Source: an uncultured Eubacteriales bacterium
GTDB taxonomy: Bacteria > Bacillota > Clostridia > Oscillospirales > Acutalibacteraceae
Assembly: GCA_958417225.1 (NCBI GenBank)
Contig: CATZCM010000003.1
Span: 13,433-77,432, forward strand
DNA length: 64,000 bases
Direction: 5' to 3'
The notes under the pieces are model-generated. The model saw nothing but the letters and a program-made list of their open reading frames with translations, was not told the DNA's origin and made no database searches. How positions within the stretch are numbered: the stretch's first letter is position 1; each line of letters begins with the position of its first letter. Position numbers and translations under genes: made by a program. This document shows positions 52,380 through 63,371 of the stretch, piece by piece.

Positions 52380-52922
52380 TTAAAGCATTCCTTTCGCAAA
52401 TAAAAATTCCTTGTTTTCTTTCACATATATTATGCCAGAAATGACAGTAAATAAAACACTAGTCCAAACAAATATGTCCCTTACTGTTGAAAAACCTGTT
52501 GAAATAGTTGATAAAATCACCACGACAATCGCTAAAATTTGACTAACTGTTTTAAGTTTCCCAAAAATATTCGCCGGAATAACCTTATCAGATTTGGCCG
52601 CAATCAGCCTAACTGAAGTAACCATAAATTCTCTAAACACGATAATAATAACTGGAACAGAACTCACTAAATGCAAATCGACAAAACAAATAAATGCAGA
52701 AATAACCAAAATTTTATCTGCAAGTGGATCCGCAAATTTCCCAAAATTCGTAATCAAATTTTGTTTACGTGCAATTTGGCCATCAAAGAAATCCGTTATA
52801 GATGCAACGCCAAAAACAATTCCTGCAAACCAAAAGTGATATTGAAAATCACACAATAAAAAAGCAACCATAAGTGGAACAAGTATAATTCTTAAAACTG
52901 TTAATTTATTTGGCAAATTCAT
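52380..52922 (-). CDS. pgsA: CDP-diacylglycerol--glycerol-3-phosphate 3-phosphatidyltransferase
   Basis: MNLPNKLTVLRIILVP.., CDP-alcohol motif DFFDGQIARK....T.FGKFADPLADK. Confidence 0.9.
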   Translation of the reverse strand: MNLPNKLTVLRIILVPLMVAFLLCDFQYHFWFAGIVFGVASITDFFDGQIARKQNLITNFGKFADPLADKILVISAFICFVDLHLVSSVPVIIIVFREFMVTSVRLIAAKSDKVIPANIFGKLKTVSQILAIVVVILSTISTGFSTVRDIFVWTSVLFTVISGIIYVKENKEFLFAKGML

Positions 52923-54243
52923 CTATCTCACCCACCAAATCAAAATCGTTATATGATGTAATTTTCACATCAACAAACTCTCCTGCATTTAAATTTTCCT
53001 TTGACACAAATAAAACCTCACAGTCAACTTCAGGAGCATCGGCTTCAGTTCTGCCAATGTAAACATTCTCATCCTCATCAAATCTATCCACTATACAACG
53101 CATTGTTTTCCCCACAAGAGCTGAATTTTTTCTAAACATTATATCTTTCTGCAAATTTGACATAATATCTTGCCTAGAAAATTTCACTTTGTCCGGTACT
53201 TGCCCCTCAAAGCCTGCAGCTGGAGTATCTTCCTCACGAGAATATGCAAAGCAACCCATTCTATCAAATTTTACACTTTTGCAAAAATTAACAAGTTCAT
53301 CAAAATCCTCATCGGTTTCACCTGGAAACCCAACTATAAATGTTGTTCTAACAGTAACTCCTGGAATTTTCTCACGTATTTTTCGAATAAGCGACTCCAA
53401 AGAAACCTTATCCCCGCATCTATTCATACGGGTTAAAACATTCCCTCGACAGTGTTGTATTGGCAAATCAATATATTTTACAATCTTAGGTTCAGACGCT
53501 ATCACACTTAAAAGCTCATCAGAAATCTTGTCGGGATAGCAATACAATACTCTAATCCACTTTAATCCGTCAATCTTACATAATTCACACAAAAGCTTTG
53601 CAAGCATTTTTTCCCCATATAAATCCTCACCATACCTAGTCGTATCCTGGGCTATAACCAAAACTTCTTTTACCCCACTTTGTGCAAGTTCTTTAGCTTC
53701 CCCAACCACGTCTTCGATAGGTCTACTGCGAAAATTTCCTCTTATGTATGGTATAGAACAATACGAACATTTATTGTCACAACCCTCAGCTATTTTTAAG
53801 TATGCATAATGTGACGGTGTTGTTCTTATTCTGGGCCCAGACATCGGCAAATTATTTTTCTCTCCAAATTTTGAGATTTTTTGACCATTTGCTACTTTGT
53901 TTACAATTTGCACAATATCCTTGTTTGATCCAATCCCCACCACTGCATCAACTTCAGGAATTTCCTTCACAATTTCATCCCTATACCGCTCTGCAAGACA
54001 ACCTGTTACAATAACAGACTTCACATTAACATCTGATTTCATTCTTATCGCATTAAAAATTTCCTCTATACTTTCCTTTTTAGCGTCTTCTATAAAAGCA
54101 CACGTATTAACTATAACAATATCTGCTAAAGACGCATCATTTATTATTTCGTACCCTGCAGCATTCAAAAGTCCAAGTAAAATTTCTGCATCAACTCTGT
54201 TTTTAGCACATCCAAGCGCTATTAAACCAATTTTTAAAGACAC
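52906..54243 (-). CDS. rimO: Ribosomal protein S12 methylthiotransferase RimO (radical SAM MTTase)
   Basis: N-terminal LGCAKNRVDAE, radical SAM motif CDNKCSYCSIP, C-terminal TRAM domain. Confidence 0.85.
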   Translation of the reverse strand: MSLKIGLIALGCAKNRVDAEILLGLLNAAGYEIINDASLADIVIVNTCAFIEDAKKESIEEIFNAIRMKSDVNVKSVIVTGCLAERYRDEIVKEIPEVDAVVGIGSNKDIVQIVNKVANGQKISKFGEKNNLPMSGPRIRTTPSHYAYLKIAEGCDNKCSYCSIPYIRGNFRSRPIEDVVGEAKELAQSGVKEVLVIAQDTTRYGEDLYGEKMLAKLLCELCKIDGLKWIRVLYCYPDKISDELLSVIASEPKIVKYIDLPIQHCRGNVLTRMNRCGDKVSLESLIRKIREKIPGVTVRTTFIVGFPGETDEDFDELVNFCKSVKFDRMGCFAYSREEDTPAAGFEGQVPDKVKFSRQDIMSNLQKDIMFRKNSALVGKTMRCIVDRFDEDENVYIGRTEADAPEVDCEVLFVSKENLNAGEFVDVKITSYNDFDLVGEIDEFAK

Positions 54244-54728
54244 TCATTATCAACTCCCTCAGCTAAAATATTAATTGCAGCTTTAATATCATCCCATTTA
54301 TACCCAAGTCTTCTACATGCATTCACAGCACGATTTTTTTGCTTTTCATCCAAAACCGCTCTAGGATACTTCCGATTAATAATTTCAATTATTGTTTTAA
54401 CATAATCTACATCTATCTCAGATGTTGCTTCCTCTATCACAAAATCATCAAGGCCTTTTTTTTTCAACTCATACTCAAGACGTTTTCCAGAAAGTCGCTT
54501 TAAGTAAACTAAATCGTGAGCATACTTTTTTGCAAAGTTTTCGTCATTTACAAGCCCTAACTCCTCCAGGTACTCAACTGCTTGAATAGCAGACTCTTCA
54601 CTATTTGTACGCTTAACCTTATCTATAAGCTCTTTTTTAGAATGATCTCTATATTCAAGCAAATACAGCGCCCTTTCCTTTGCCTTATTAAAAGCCTTTT
54701 TTTCATCAAACGGCTTAACTTTCATCAA
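54234..54728 (-). CDS. recX: Recombination regulator RecX
   Basis: 164 aa with three-helix repeats (..[19 protein letters not shown]..). Its start overlaps the recA stop. Confidence 0.8.
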   Translation of the reverse strand: MMKVKPFDEKKAFNKAKERALYLLEYRDHSKKELIDKVKRTNSEESAIQAVEYLEELGLVNDENFAKKYAHDLVYLKRLSGKRLEYELKKKGLDDFVIEEATSEIDVDYVKTIIEIINRKYPRAVLDEKQKNRAVNACRRLGYKWDDIKAAINILAEGVDNECL

Positions 54729-55837
54729 TCATCCACCATTATATCAATACTTGCCTTTGATTTGGATTTAGTTGGTTCTTTCGGCACCTCAACCTTTTCT
54801 TCCACTGGTTTTGCCAAAGACTTATTTACTCTTGCCGGTGTTCTTGCATACAATTTATCAACATTTTCCCAAACTTGTTTTTCAATCTCTTCTTGCAGTT
54901 TGGGGTTATTGCGAAACAGTTCTTTCACATTATCTCTACCTTGTCCAAGTTTACTATCTTTGTACGAAAACCATGCTCCACTCTTTTGCACTATATCGAG
55001 TTTACTTGCTATATCAAGCAATTCCCCTTCACGTGAAATTCCACGACCATACATAATATCAAACTCTGCCTCCCTAAATGGAGGTGCGATTTTATTTTTT
55101 ACAACTTTCGCACGAGTACGCGAACCTATTATATCTCCACCAGCTTTAAGGGTTTCGATTTTACGTATATCAAGACGTACCGATGAGTAAAACTTCAAAG
55201 CTCTACCTCCCGGTGTAACCTCTGGATTTCCATACACTATCCCAACTTTTTCCCTCAACTGATTAATAAATATCGCAACACAATTTGATTTAGAAATTGC
55301 CCCCGCAAGCTTTCTAAGTGCCTGCGACATAAGTCTCGCTTGAAGGCCCACATGTGAATCCCCCATTTCGCCTTCAATTTCGGCCCTTGGTACAAGCGCT
55401 GCTACCGAGTCAACAACTATAACATCAATTGCTCCTGATCTGACCAAAGCTTCAGTTATTTCCAAAGCTTGCTCCCCCGTATCAGGTTGAGACACAATCA
55501 AGGAATCTACATCAACTCCAAGTGCTGCTGCATATACCGGATCAAGTGCATGTTCCACATCAATAAACGCCGCATTGCCATTATTTTTTTGACCTTGAGC
55601 AATGCAGTGAAGTGCCAAAGTAGTTTTACCTGAAGATTCTGGTCCATATATTTCAATAATTCTTCCTCTCGGTAATCCTCCAATTCCAAGTGCCAAATCC
55701 AGAGACAACGATCCTGTCGAAATCGCATCTACATTCATTGCATCATTTTTTCCAAGACGCATTACCGCACCTTTTCCAAATTGTTTTTCTATCTGCATTA
55801 ATGCTGTCTCAAGTGCTTTTCCTTTATCCAACGCCAT
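54725..55837 (-). CDS. recA: Recombinase RecA
   Basis: ..[16 protein letters not shown].., ..[10 protein letters not shown].., ..[37 protein letters not shown]... Has a ~30-aa K/E/P-rich C-terminal tail. Confidence 0.97.
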   Translation of the reverse strand: MALDKGKALETALMQIEKQFGKGAVMRLGKNDAMNVDAISTGSLSLDLALGIGGLPRGRIIEIYGPESSGKTTLALHCIAQGQKNNGNAAFIDVEHALDPVYAAALGVDVDSLIVSQPDTGEQALEITEALVRSGAIDVIVVDSVAALVPRAEIEGEMGDSHVGLQARLMSQALRKLAGAISKSNCVAIFINQLREKVGIVYGNPEVTPGGRALKFYSSVRLDIRKIETLKAGGDIIGSRTRAKVVKNKIAPPFREAEFDIMYGRGISREGELLDIASKLDIVQKSGAWFSYKDSKLGQGRDNVKELFRNNPKLQEEIEKQVWENVDKLYARTPARVNKSLAKPVEEKVEVPKEPTKSKSKASIDIMVDD

Positions 55838-55984
55838 TTTTAATAACCTCCAACTTTTTTAATACTATTATATCGTTTAACTAACATAAAAGCAAGTATA
55901 CATTATTTCCATCACAAAAAATTTGTAAAATAGAAACACAAATTCACGACCTATACTCTTTTTTACATATTTCATATAAAATTA

Positions 55985-56485
55985 CTATGCATTCAAACTT
56001 TTAAGATTTTCTTTTTTAGATTTGTGTTTCAGGTAAAGAGCCACAACACCCAAAGCTACAAGCGCTCCAACAAGCGCTCCACTTGAATCAATAATCACAT
56101 CAGAAATCTGCCCACCTCTTCCATCAACAAATCTTTGATGGATTTCATCCGTTGATGCATACACTGCCGCAATACAAACAGATAATAGTACGCACATTTT
56201 TCGTTTAATCCTGTCATTATACTGAAAGAATGCCACAAAACACAAAATCCCTAAAATCGCATACTCTGTAAAATGTGCTGTTTTTCTAGTAAGATGTTGC
56301 CATTTGTCAATAACTTCTTTTTTTTGGGTCTCACTCATTTGATCGAAACTCGGATCCATTATAGAGGCAACTGTCATAATAATACCAGCACTAAGTTCTC
56401 CTGATTCTTCTCCCGTTTGAGAAGACATATAAAATATAAGTCCCATCCATAACACAACTAATGTCCACAATAAAAACTTTTTCAC
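55985..56485 (-). CDS. VanZ-family membrane protein
   Basis: 166 aa, 4 TM, with ..KTAHFTEYAILG.. and ..DEIHQRFV.GR......DVIIDS.GA.., the typical VanZ-like motifs. Confidence 0.8.
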   Translation of the reverse strand: MKKFLLWTLVVLWMGLIFYMSSQTGEESGELSAGIIMTVASIMDPSFDQMSETQKKEVIDKWQHLTRKTAHFTEYAILGILCFVAFFQYNDRIKRKMCVLLSVCIAAVYASTDEIHQRFVDGRGGQISDVIIDSSGALVGALVALGVVALYLKHKSKKENLKSLNA

Positions 56486-58194
56486 TTTATAAACGCCTCC
56501 ATTTCTTTTAAAATTTCATTTAAAAGCATATTTGCAGATTTCTCATCATCACCAACCGCAGTCACATACAATTTAATTTTTGGTTCAGTGCCAGACGGAC
56601 GCACTATAACCGTACTACCATTTTCAAGTACATATGAAATCACATTTGATTTCGGTAAAGTAATTTCCACAAATTCATCATTTACTACATCATGCGCGGT
56701 TGATTTTAAATAATCCCTTATTTCAACAACTTTGACTTTTGCAATAAATTCAAGCAAATTTTCTCTAAAAGAATCCATTATACATTGCATTTTTTTCATT
56801 CCAGCAGAACCCTCAAACGTAAAACTAACTGATTTTGCCTCATAGTAACCGTATTTGGAGTACAAATACCGCAAAACATCAAATAAAGACTTATTTTGTT
56901 TTTTATAGTAAGCCACCATCTCACATATGAGCATTGATGCCACAACAGCATCCTTATCTCTGACATATGTCCCCGCAAGATATCCATAACTCTCCTCAAA
57001 TCCAAAAACAAATCTATTTTCTTCTTTTTTACGTTCCAGTAAAAGGATTTGTTCTCCTATATACTTAAATCCTGTAAGAACTGTATGCACCTCACACCCA
57101 AAGTCTTTTGCAATTGCGTCAATCATAGGGGTCGTAACAATTGTCTTAACAACAACGGGATTTTCACACAAAGTTCCCTGATTTTTTCTGCATGACAAAA
57201 CATAGTGGGTAAGAAGCACCCCCACTTCATTTCCAGTAAACAACCTATATTTGTCACCCACTAAAATTGCAATTCCAACCCTATCACTATCCGGATCAGT
57301 TGCCAAAACTATATCCGGCGACACCTTTTCAGCAAGCTCTATTGAAAGACGTAAAGCCTCTTTTATTTCTGGATTTGGATATGGGCACGTTGAAAATGAA
57401 CCGTCTGGATTTTCCTGTTCTTTAACAACACTTACACTTTTCACTCCAACCTCATCAAGAACTCTCCGGACAAGCTTATTTCCAGCACCATTAAGCGGAG
57501 TATAAACTACACTTAACCTCGCTCCTTCAAAAGCGTCCTTATTAATTCTTTGACATTCTACATTTCGGACATATTCATCATAAAATTTATCCTCTATATA
57601 TTTTATCCTACCATTTTCAATTCCAGATCCAAAATCACATACTTTCACATCACAAAACACGTCAAGCTTTTCAATTTCATTAAATACCTCATCTGCATTT
57701 TTGTTTGTCATTTGACAACCATCTTCACCATAGCACTTATATCCATTATACTCAGCAGGATTGTGGCTAGCTGTAATCATAATCCCAGCTTTACAACCAT
57801 GCTCACGCACTGCAAACGACAGCACTGGAGTCGGTTCAAGTTCTTTTGTAATATACACTTGAATTTCATTCGCAGCAAGCACACACGCTGCTTCTTTTGC
57901 AAAGACATCAGATTTAATCCTAGAGTCATACGATATAGCAACTGATGGATTATCATACTTTTTATTCAAATAAATTGCAAGACCTTGGGTAGCTTTTCTC
58001 ACAGTATACACATTCATGCGGTTGCTTCCCGCACCAATAATACCTCTAAGTCCAGCTGTCCCAAATTCCAAATCCTTGTAAAATCTTTCATAAATTTGTG
58101 ATTCATCATCACTTATATCATTAAGTTCGTTCACTACATCAGCATCGTCTTTTGCAAATTCTAACCACTCATTGTAAGATTTCTGAATATCCAT
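56482..58194 (-). CDS. Phosphoglucomutase/phosphomannomutase family phospho-sugar mutase
   Basis: 570 aa. Active-site TASHNPAEYNGYK, metal loop ATDPDSDR, sugar loop GFEESYGY. Confidence 0.9.
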   Translation of the reverse strand: MDIQKSYNEWLEFAKDDADVVNELNDISDDESQIYERFYKDLEFGTAGLRGIIGAGSNRMNVYTVRKATQGLAIYLNKKYDNPSVAISYDSRIKSDVFAKEAACVLAANEIQVYITKELEPTPVLSFAVREHGCKAGIMITASHNPAEYNGYKCYGEDGCQMTNKNADEVFNEIEKLDVFCDVKVCDFGSGIENGRIKYIEDKFYDEYVRNVECQRINKDAFEGARLSVVYTPLNGAGNKLVRRVLDEVGVKSVSVVKEQENPDGSFSTCPYPNPEIKEALRLSIELAEKVSPDIVLATDPDSDRVGIAILVGDKYRLFTGNEVGVLLTHYVLSCRKNQGTLCENPVVVKTIVTTPMIDAIAKDFGCEVHTVLTGFKYIGEQILLLERKKEENRFVFGFEESYGYLAGTYVRDKDAVVASMLICEMVAYYKKQNKSLFDVLRYLYSKYGYYEAKSVSFTFEGSAGMKKMQCIMDSFRENLLEFIAKVKVVEIRDYLKSTAHDVVNDEFVEITLPKSNVISYVLENGSTVIVRPSGTEPKIKLYVTAVGDDEKSANMLLNEILKEMEAFIK

Positions 58195-58342
58195 AAACCA
58201 ATACCCCTCTCTTCAAATAGCCTTTGAAAACAACAATTAAATTTCTTTATAAATTAAACGATATGCTTTGATAAATCACATGAACAGCAAAGTTTTAACT
58301 AAATTGCAACTCTTGCAAACCCAGCACATCAAACTTATCCCA

Positions 58343-58385
58343 CCTATAAAAATAAAGTAGGAGCAAAAATTACATCTGCTCCTAC
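58343..58385 (-). terminator. Rho-independent terminator after htrA
   Basis: 9-bp stem GTAGGAGCA / TGCTCCTAC (58357-58365 / 58377-58385), followed on the minus strand by TTTATTTTTAT. Confidence 0.6.
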
Positions 58386-58424
58386 AATTATACTCCATTA
58401 ACAAATTAATAGTCAAATATTTTT

Positions 58425-59960
58425 TTAACCTTTATCCTCTATCAACTGAACCTCAACCGTAAATGTTTCAGAGTTGTTATTAAACATTCTATATGAGTTT
58501 CCGCGTCGATAAACTGAAAGCTTCACTTTATCCCCTGGTGCAGCATTAGCCATCGCCTTCGAAATAGTTTCCGGATCATAAACCTCTTGATCATTTATAC
58601 TAGTTATAATGTCACCAACCTTAACTCCCGCAGCAGTTAAATTGCTTTCCTTACTAATTTCACTAACTACAATTCCTCTCGGAACACCATACATTTGTGC
58701 AGCATAGGCCGTAAATACCTTATAAGACATACCAAGGGCTCCTCGTCCAGATACATAACCATTAGCAATTAATTCATCAACAACTTGCTTTACTGTGTTA
58801 CTTGGTATCGCAAAACCCATTCCCTCAAAAGTTCCTCCAGATATCTTATTCGACGTTATTCCTATAACTCTCCCATACATATCAAGAAGTGCTCCCCCGG
58901 AATTTCCTTGATTTATAGCTGCATCCGTCTGTATAAACTTCACAGTACCCGTTGCAGTAATCCTTCTATTAACAGCCGATACAATTCCTCTAGTAAGTGA
59001 ATTTGCAAAGTCAAGTCCACCTGGGTTACCAAGAACTAAAACTGGAGCTCCCACTGCCGCTTGATCGGAATTACCAAATTCTGCTGGAGTAAGTCCAGTA
59101 GCGTCTATTTTCAGGACTGCGATGTCTGTCGGCGTATCAAATCCAACGATTGTCGCCTCATATTCTTTACTATCATCAGCGTTCATCACAACTGTAACCT
59201 TACATGACTTTGTATTCCCAATAACATGCGCATTTGTAACAATGTACCCATCTTCGCTCATTATTATACCTGAACCTTGACCTGTTGCTTCAGACAGCTC
59301 TGACCCTGAACTGTTCGTCACAACGCCAACTATTGATTTTTCCACTTTTTTATATACTTCACTTGCCGACAACGTATCCTCGTCTTCCTTGGCTTCTTTA
59401 AGATTTAATGCAATTGAATTACTACTGTTAGAATTTGGTGATGATTTGCCAAAAAATCCCTTCTTATCAAGCACAATCGCTGTAGTAACTCCTATTACGG
59501 CCACTGCTAATACACTTACTATAATCGAAATAAAAGCCTTCATCCCTTTATCTTTCTTTTTCGGAACCTCTTTCACAGAATTATTCTGTTGATTGACAAA
59601 CGGATTGTATGGATTATAAAATGAAGCTTCTTGTTTACTTTCATTTTGCTTATCATTGTACTGTGGTTTTGAATAGTGATAAGTTGTGTCATTGTGCGTT
59701 TGATTTTGAACATGCTGTGCATAATTCGAACTCGAACCACTGTCATGCATTTTTTGTTCCGCATATGGTGACTGCCATTTTCCATCATATTGTTGTTCCC
59801 GCGTAAAATGATACGTTGTATCATTCGGATTGGAATCTTGATTCATTGACTGTGTGCTATAATTTTGTCCATTATTTTCGCTTTGCGAATTCGCATACGG
59901 CGACTGCCACCCTCCACCTGAATAATTTTCATTTTTTTCATTGTTAAATTCTTTACTCAT
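58425..59960 (-). CDS. htrA: HtrA/DegP-family serine protease (S1C) with PDZ domain and a long N/Q/S-rich N-terminal extension
   Basis: TM AFISIIVSVLAVAVIGVTTAIVL. Catalytic motifs ..IVTNAHVI.., ..DIAVLKI.., ..GNSGGAL... C-terminal PDZ. The first ~135 aa are low complexity, with two WQSPYA...NDTTYH repeats. Confidence 0.9.
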   Translation of the reverse strand: MSKEFNNEKNENYSGGGWQSPYANSQSENNGQNYSTQSMNQDSNPNDTTYHFTREQQYDGKWQSPYAEQKMHDSGSSSNYAQHVQNQTHNDTTYHYSKPQYNDKQNESKQEASFYNPYNPFVNQQNNSVKEVPKKKDKGMKAFISIIVSVLAVAVIGVTTAIVLDKKGFFGKSSPNSNSSNSIALNLKEAKEDEDTLSASEVYKKVEKSIVGVVTNSSGSELSEATGQGSGIIMSEDGYIVTNAHVIGNTKSCKVTVVMNADDSKEYEATIVGFDTPTDIAVLKIDATGLTPAEFGNSDQAAVGAPVLVLGNPGGLDFANSLTRGIVSAVNRRITATGTVKFIQTDAAINQGNSGGALLDMYGRVIGITSNKISGGTFEGMGFAIPSNTVKQVVDELIANGYVSGRGALGMSYKVFTAYAAQMYGVPRGIVVSEISKESNLTAAGVKVGDIITSINDQEVYDPETISKAMANAAPGDKVKLSVYRRGNSYRMFNNNSETFTVEVQLIEDKG

Positions 59961-60110
59961 AAGTTCTCCTCCTAAAAATCGTAATTATTTTTTATTACCT
60001 AACTCCAAACTGTCATTTCACAAATCAGAATTAATGGTTTATGATTCTATTATAAGATATAGTTATGAATATAATTTATTCCTTTTATGAACAAATTGTA
60101 AAATTCTAAA

Positions 60111-61559
60111 TTATTTCGGCAGCGAAAAAGAAAACTCACAATATTCACCCTGAACGCTTTTCACAGAAATTTCTCCACCATGAAGCTTCACTATAGTTTT
60201 CACAATAAAAAGACCTAATCCCATACCATTTTTATCTTTGCTACGCGATTTATCAATTTTATAAAAACGATCAAAAACCTTCTGAATTTCCTCAGATGAA
60301 ATACCATCACCACTATTTTTTATAGTCACTGTAATTTGCGTATTGGATTCACTTAAGTTTATATTAATATACCCGTTCTGATTAGTGAACTTAACTGCAT
60401 TTTCCATAAGATTATACACTACCTGATAAATCATGTCAATATCTCCATTTATGAAAACCTTACTCGAAACCCCATCACAGTTAACTTCTATTAATTTATT
60501 TTCAATATTCTGTTCAAATGACAACAACACATCAACCAACACTTGTGAAATATCAAACCGTTTTTTACACAAATTAAGATTACCACTATCTATGCGGGAA
60601 ATGTTTAGCATTGAAGTAACCAATCTCGAAAGTCTTTTTGTCTCAGAAGACACGATTTTCAAATAATGGTCCTGGTTTTCTCTATTTATAGTCCCATCTA
60701 AAATTCCATCTACAAAACCCGAAATAGTCGTCATCGGAGTTTTTAATTCATGCGACACATTTGCAATAAAATTTCGTCTAACAGCCTCAGAAGATGCCAA
60801 ATGATCAGCCATATTGTTAAAAGCTATTTCTAACATACCTATCTCGTCATTTGAGTCAACATTCACGCGATTTGAAAAATCGCCCTCACTAAAAGCTTTT
60901 GTAGCATTGACCATTTGTTCAATAGGCCTAACCATTTTGTACGTAAGGTACCATACCATAGCAAATGAAAATACAAAAGCTCCCATGAACACATAAAGAA
61001 AAACTTTCAGTATCTCCCACCTAAATTCATATAACGTAGAAAGTTCGCATGACACAAAAACCGCACCTATTACACGACTCGAATTTGTATTGCTATTTTC
61101 ATAATTAATAGGAATCCCTATAGTATATCTATTTTCTTCATAAAATCCATCAAGTTTTTGCTTATTGACATATTTCCCTTTTACCGTCTTATTCATAACA
61201 TCTGAAGGAACAGTCTTTTCAGCATAATCGATATCGCTATTACTTGAGTATATAAGAACTTTCCCATTTTCTCCAACTAAAAATATATCCGCACAAAACA
61301 CCTGAGAAAACTCATCAATTGAATTTTTCAACATAAAAGTCTCTTGTGAACCAAGTACTCCTCCATCAATCTGAACACATCTTTCCACAAAGCTCGCTGT
61401 ATTTTCCGCATTTTTGGAAAAAAGCATACTTTTTTCATTTTCCCAGTTTCGCGATATAAACATCCACAAAGTCACAAAAAGTGATATAAAGCTTATCAAT
61501 ATCAACGATATAACTACCCCAAAATATTTTCTCTTAAGCGTATTTCTCATAGAACTCAC
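60111..61559 (-). CDS. Sensor histidine kinase (HAMP-HisKA-HATPase)
   Basis: Two TM segments flank a ~150-aa extracytoplasmic domain. HAMP, H-box VSHELKTPMT, N and G boxes (..NAVKFT.., ..GMGLGL..). The GTG start overlaps the regulator stop by 1 nt. ATG 61550 is an alternative start. Confidence 0.88.
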   Translation of the reverse strand: MSSMRNTLKRKYFGVVISLILISFISLFVTLWMFISRNWENEKSMLFSKNAENTASFVERCVQIDGGVLGSQETFMLKNSIDEFSQVFCADIFLVGENGKVLIYSSNSDIDYAEKTVPSDVMNKTVKGKYVNKQKLDGFYEENRYTIGIPINYENSNTNSSRVIGAVFVSCELSTLYEFRWEILKVFLYVFMGAFVFSFAMVWYLTYKMVRPIEQMVNATKAFSEGDFSNRVNVDSNDEIGMLEIAFNNMADHLASSEAVRRNFIANVSHELKTPMTTISGFVDGILDGTINRENQDHYLKIVSSETKRLSRLVTSMLNISRIDSGNLNLCKKRFDISQVLVDVLLSFEQNIENKLIEVNCDGVSSKVFINGDIDMIYQVVYNLMENAVKFTNQNGYININLSESNTQITVTIKNSGDGISSEEIQKVFDRFYKIDKSRSKDKNGMGLGLFIVKTIVKLHGGEISVKSVQGEYCEFSFSLPK

Positions 61560-62260
61560 TACCTTCCAGTGACCTCGCTACATTCAAATTTATATCCCAC
61601 ACCCCAAACAGTTTTAAGTGCCCATTTTGAAGAAACCCCCTCTAGTTTTTCACGAAGCCTTTTTATATGCACATCCACCGTTCTCGTATCCCCATAAAAA
61701 TCAAACCCCCACACTTCATCAAGTAAATGGTCTCTTGTGAAAACTCGATTCGGATGTGATGCTAAATAAAATATAAGTTCCATTTCTTTAGGTGGAGTGT
61801 CTGTTACCTTTCCATCTACTATCATCTCAAACGTATCCATATTGATAGAAAGTTTATCAAATTCAACTTTTCTATCAGTCAACTTATGCGTATCCTGTGT
61901 TCGTCTCAAAACAGCCTTTATACGTGCTACAACTTCTTTAGCCTCAAAAGGTTTCACTACATAGTCATCGGCACCAAGTTCCAAACCTAACACCTTATCA
62001 AAAATTTCCCCTTTAGCTGTCAGCATAATAATAGGACACTCCGATTTCGCTCGAATGCGCCTACACACTTGCCACCCATCCAACTCCGGAAGCATTATAT
62101 CCAAGACAACTATAGAAAAATTACAATTAAAAAAAAGTTTTAATGCTTCTTCACCATCATATGCCACTGACGTTGAAAAACCCTCTTTTTCAATATACAG
62201 TCTCAAAAGCTCGCAAATATTCTTGTCATCATCAACTATCAAAACACTACCCTTAGCCAT
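61559..62260 (-). CDS. OmpR-family response regulator
   Basis: ..VLIVDDDK...VVLDIMLPELDG...MLTAKG.. receiver domain plus a winged-helix C-terminus ..LTPKEMELI..L......V..R..L...VWG......TR.VDVHI.RLR.KL. Start set to ATG 62260. Confidence 0.9.
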   Translation of the reverse strand: MAKGSVLIVDDDKNICELLRLYIEKEGFSTSVAYDGEEALKLFFNCNFSIVVLDIMLPELDGWQVCRRIRAKSECPIIMLTAKGEIFDKVLGLELGADDYVVKPFEAKEVVARIKAVLRRTQDTHKLTDRKVEFDKLSINMDTFEMIVDGKVTDTPPKEMELIFYLASHPNRVFTRDHLLDEVWGFDFYGDTRTVDVHIKRLREKLEGVSSKWALKTVWGVGYKFECSEVTGR

Positions 62261-62528
62261 TTTCACATCCCCTTTCATCTCCTACAATTATATCTCAAAT
62301 TAAATTAAATTTCAAGATTCTTTGCCATCTTTTATAAATCATAAACTCAACTTATTTTATTTTTATAAATAAATCCCCATTAATTTAATTAATTATCACA
62401 CCAACCTTTTTAAACTACAGCACTACTTTTTTACAATCTAATAAATAACACAAAATAAAAACCAATACATTTTTATGAATTATTACACAAAAGGCAGAAA
62501 TTATTTTATATTTAATTTACAATTCGAA

Positions 62529-62557
62529 TTGACATAGTTAACGTTTTATGGTACAAT
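62529..62557 (+). promoter_or_regulatory. Strong sigma-A promoter candidate for the 62589 gene
   Basis: TTGACA (62529-62534), 17 nt, TACAAT (62552-62557) with TGG just upstream (extended -10 like). GAGGAGG RBS at 62574-62580. Confidence 0.65.
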
Positions 62558-62588
62558 AGCCATATCATATTTTGAGGAGGAAATATTT

Positions 62589-63083
62589 ATGAAAACAATA
62601 AAATTTACAAAAAGAATATCAAGTTTACTACTAACAGTTGCCATGGTCTTTTTATGTTGTACTCACACGTCATTCGCCGGGGAAAGCACCACTACATCAT
62701 CATCCGGTGATAGTGTGGAAATAACTATAGTAGACGGCGGCGAAAGTAACACCAAAATTGCAAGTGAAACTGTCCCTGTAGAAGAGCTTAACAAAAACTG
62801 CATGTCTCAAATTTCAAGTGGTGCTTTAAAATCAATTGAAATAAGTGGAATCGTGCTAAAAGCATTTGGAACTATAACAGTTTACGGTGGTGCCGCCAAA
62901 TTATTCAGCGATGTATTTTATCCGGAAGGTCGCACATATTTTATAATAGGTGGTATGCTTTTAGGAATTTTGAGTCCTGTAGCTCGCAACATATACAAAC
63001 AGCTCAACAAAACTCAAAAAGAAGCTTTGAGAAAAGTAGTAGAAAGCATCATAACATCACAAGTTGCACCTAAACTCTTATAA
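62589..63083 (+). CDS. Hypothetical exported/membrane protein
   Basis: Signal peptide MKTIKFTKRISSLLLTVAMVFLCCTHTSFA/GE, a Ser/Thr-rich linker, and two hydrophobic segments near the C-terminus. Good RBS and promoter. No family recognised. Confidence 0.6.
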   Translation: MKTIKFTKRISSLLLTVAMVFLCCTHTSFAGESTTTSSSGDSVEITIVDGGESNTKIASETVPVEELNKNCMSQISSGALKSIEISGIVLKAFGTITVYGGAAKLFSDVFYPEGRTYFIIGGMLLGILSPVARNIYKQLNKTQKEALRKVVESIITSQVAPKLL

Positions 63084-63151
63084 GAAACTCTAATTCACCA
63101 TACACTTAAAAAGTACAGACCAAATGATCCCCATTAAATAAACTTTTGTTT

Positions 63152-63192
63152 ACTTGCGAATTTGAGTAAATCTCACTTTCGCAAGTTTCTCA
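63152..63192 (+). terminator. Terminator candidate after the 62589 gene
   Basis: 9-bp stem ACTTGCGAA / TTCGCAAGT with a 17-nt loop, followed by TTTCTC. Confidence 0.4.
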
Positions 63193-63295
63193 TATACAAA
63201 CACCTCCACCCTATTTAACAAACAAATATACAAATGTCTACATCTATTTTCTTACACAATAAAAATCGTAACAATTAATTTTTACAATCAAGTTT

Positions 63296-63345
63296 CATAA
63301 AATAAAAAACACTATCGCGCACAAATCCAAATACGCAATAGTGTT
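63296..63345 (-). terminator. Terminator candidate after the HPr-like gene
   Basis: Stem AACACTAT / ATAGTGTT (63308-63315 / 63338-63345, extendable). Followed on the minus strand by TTTTTTATTTTAT. The loop is long (22 nt). Confidence 0.4.
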
Positions 63346-63371
63346 CTTAAGTAAGTAAATATATATTTATT

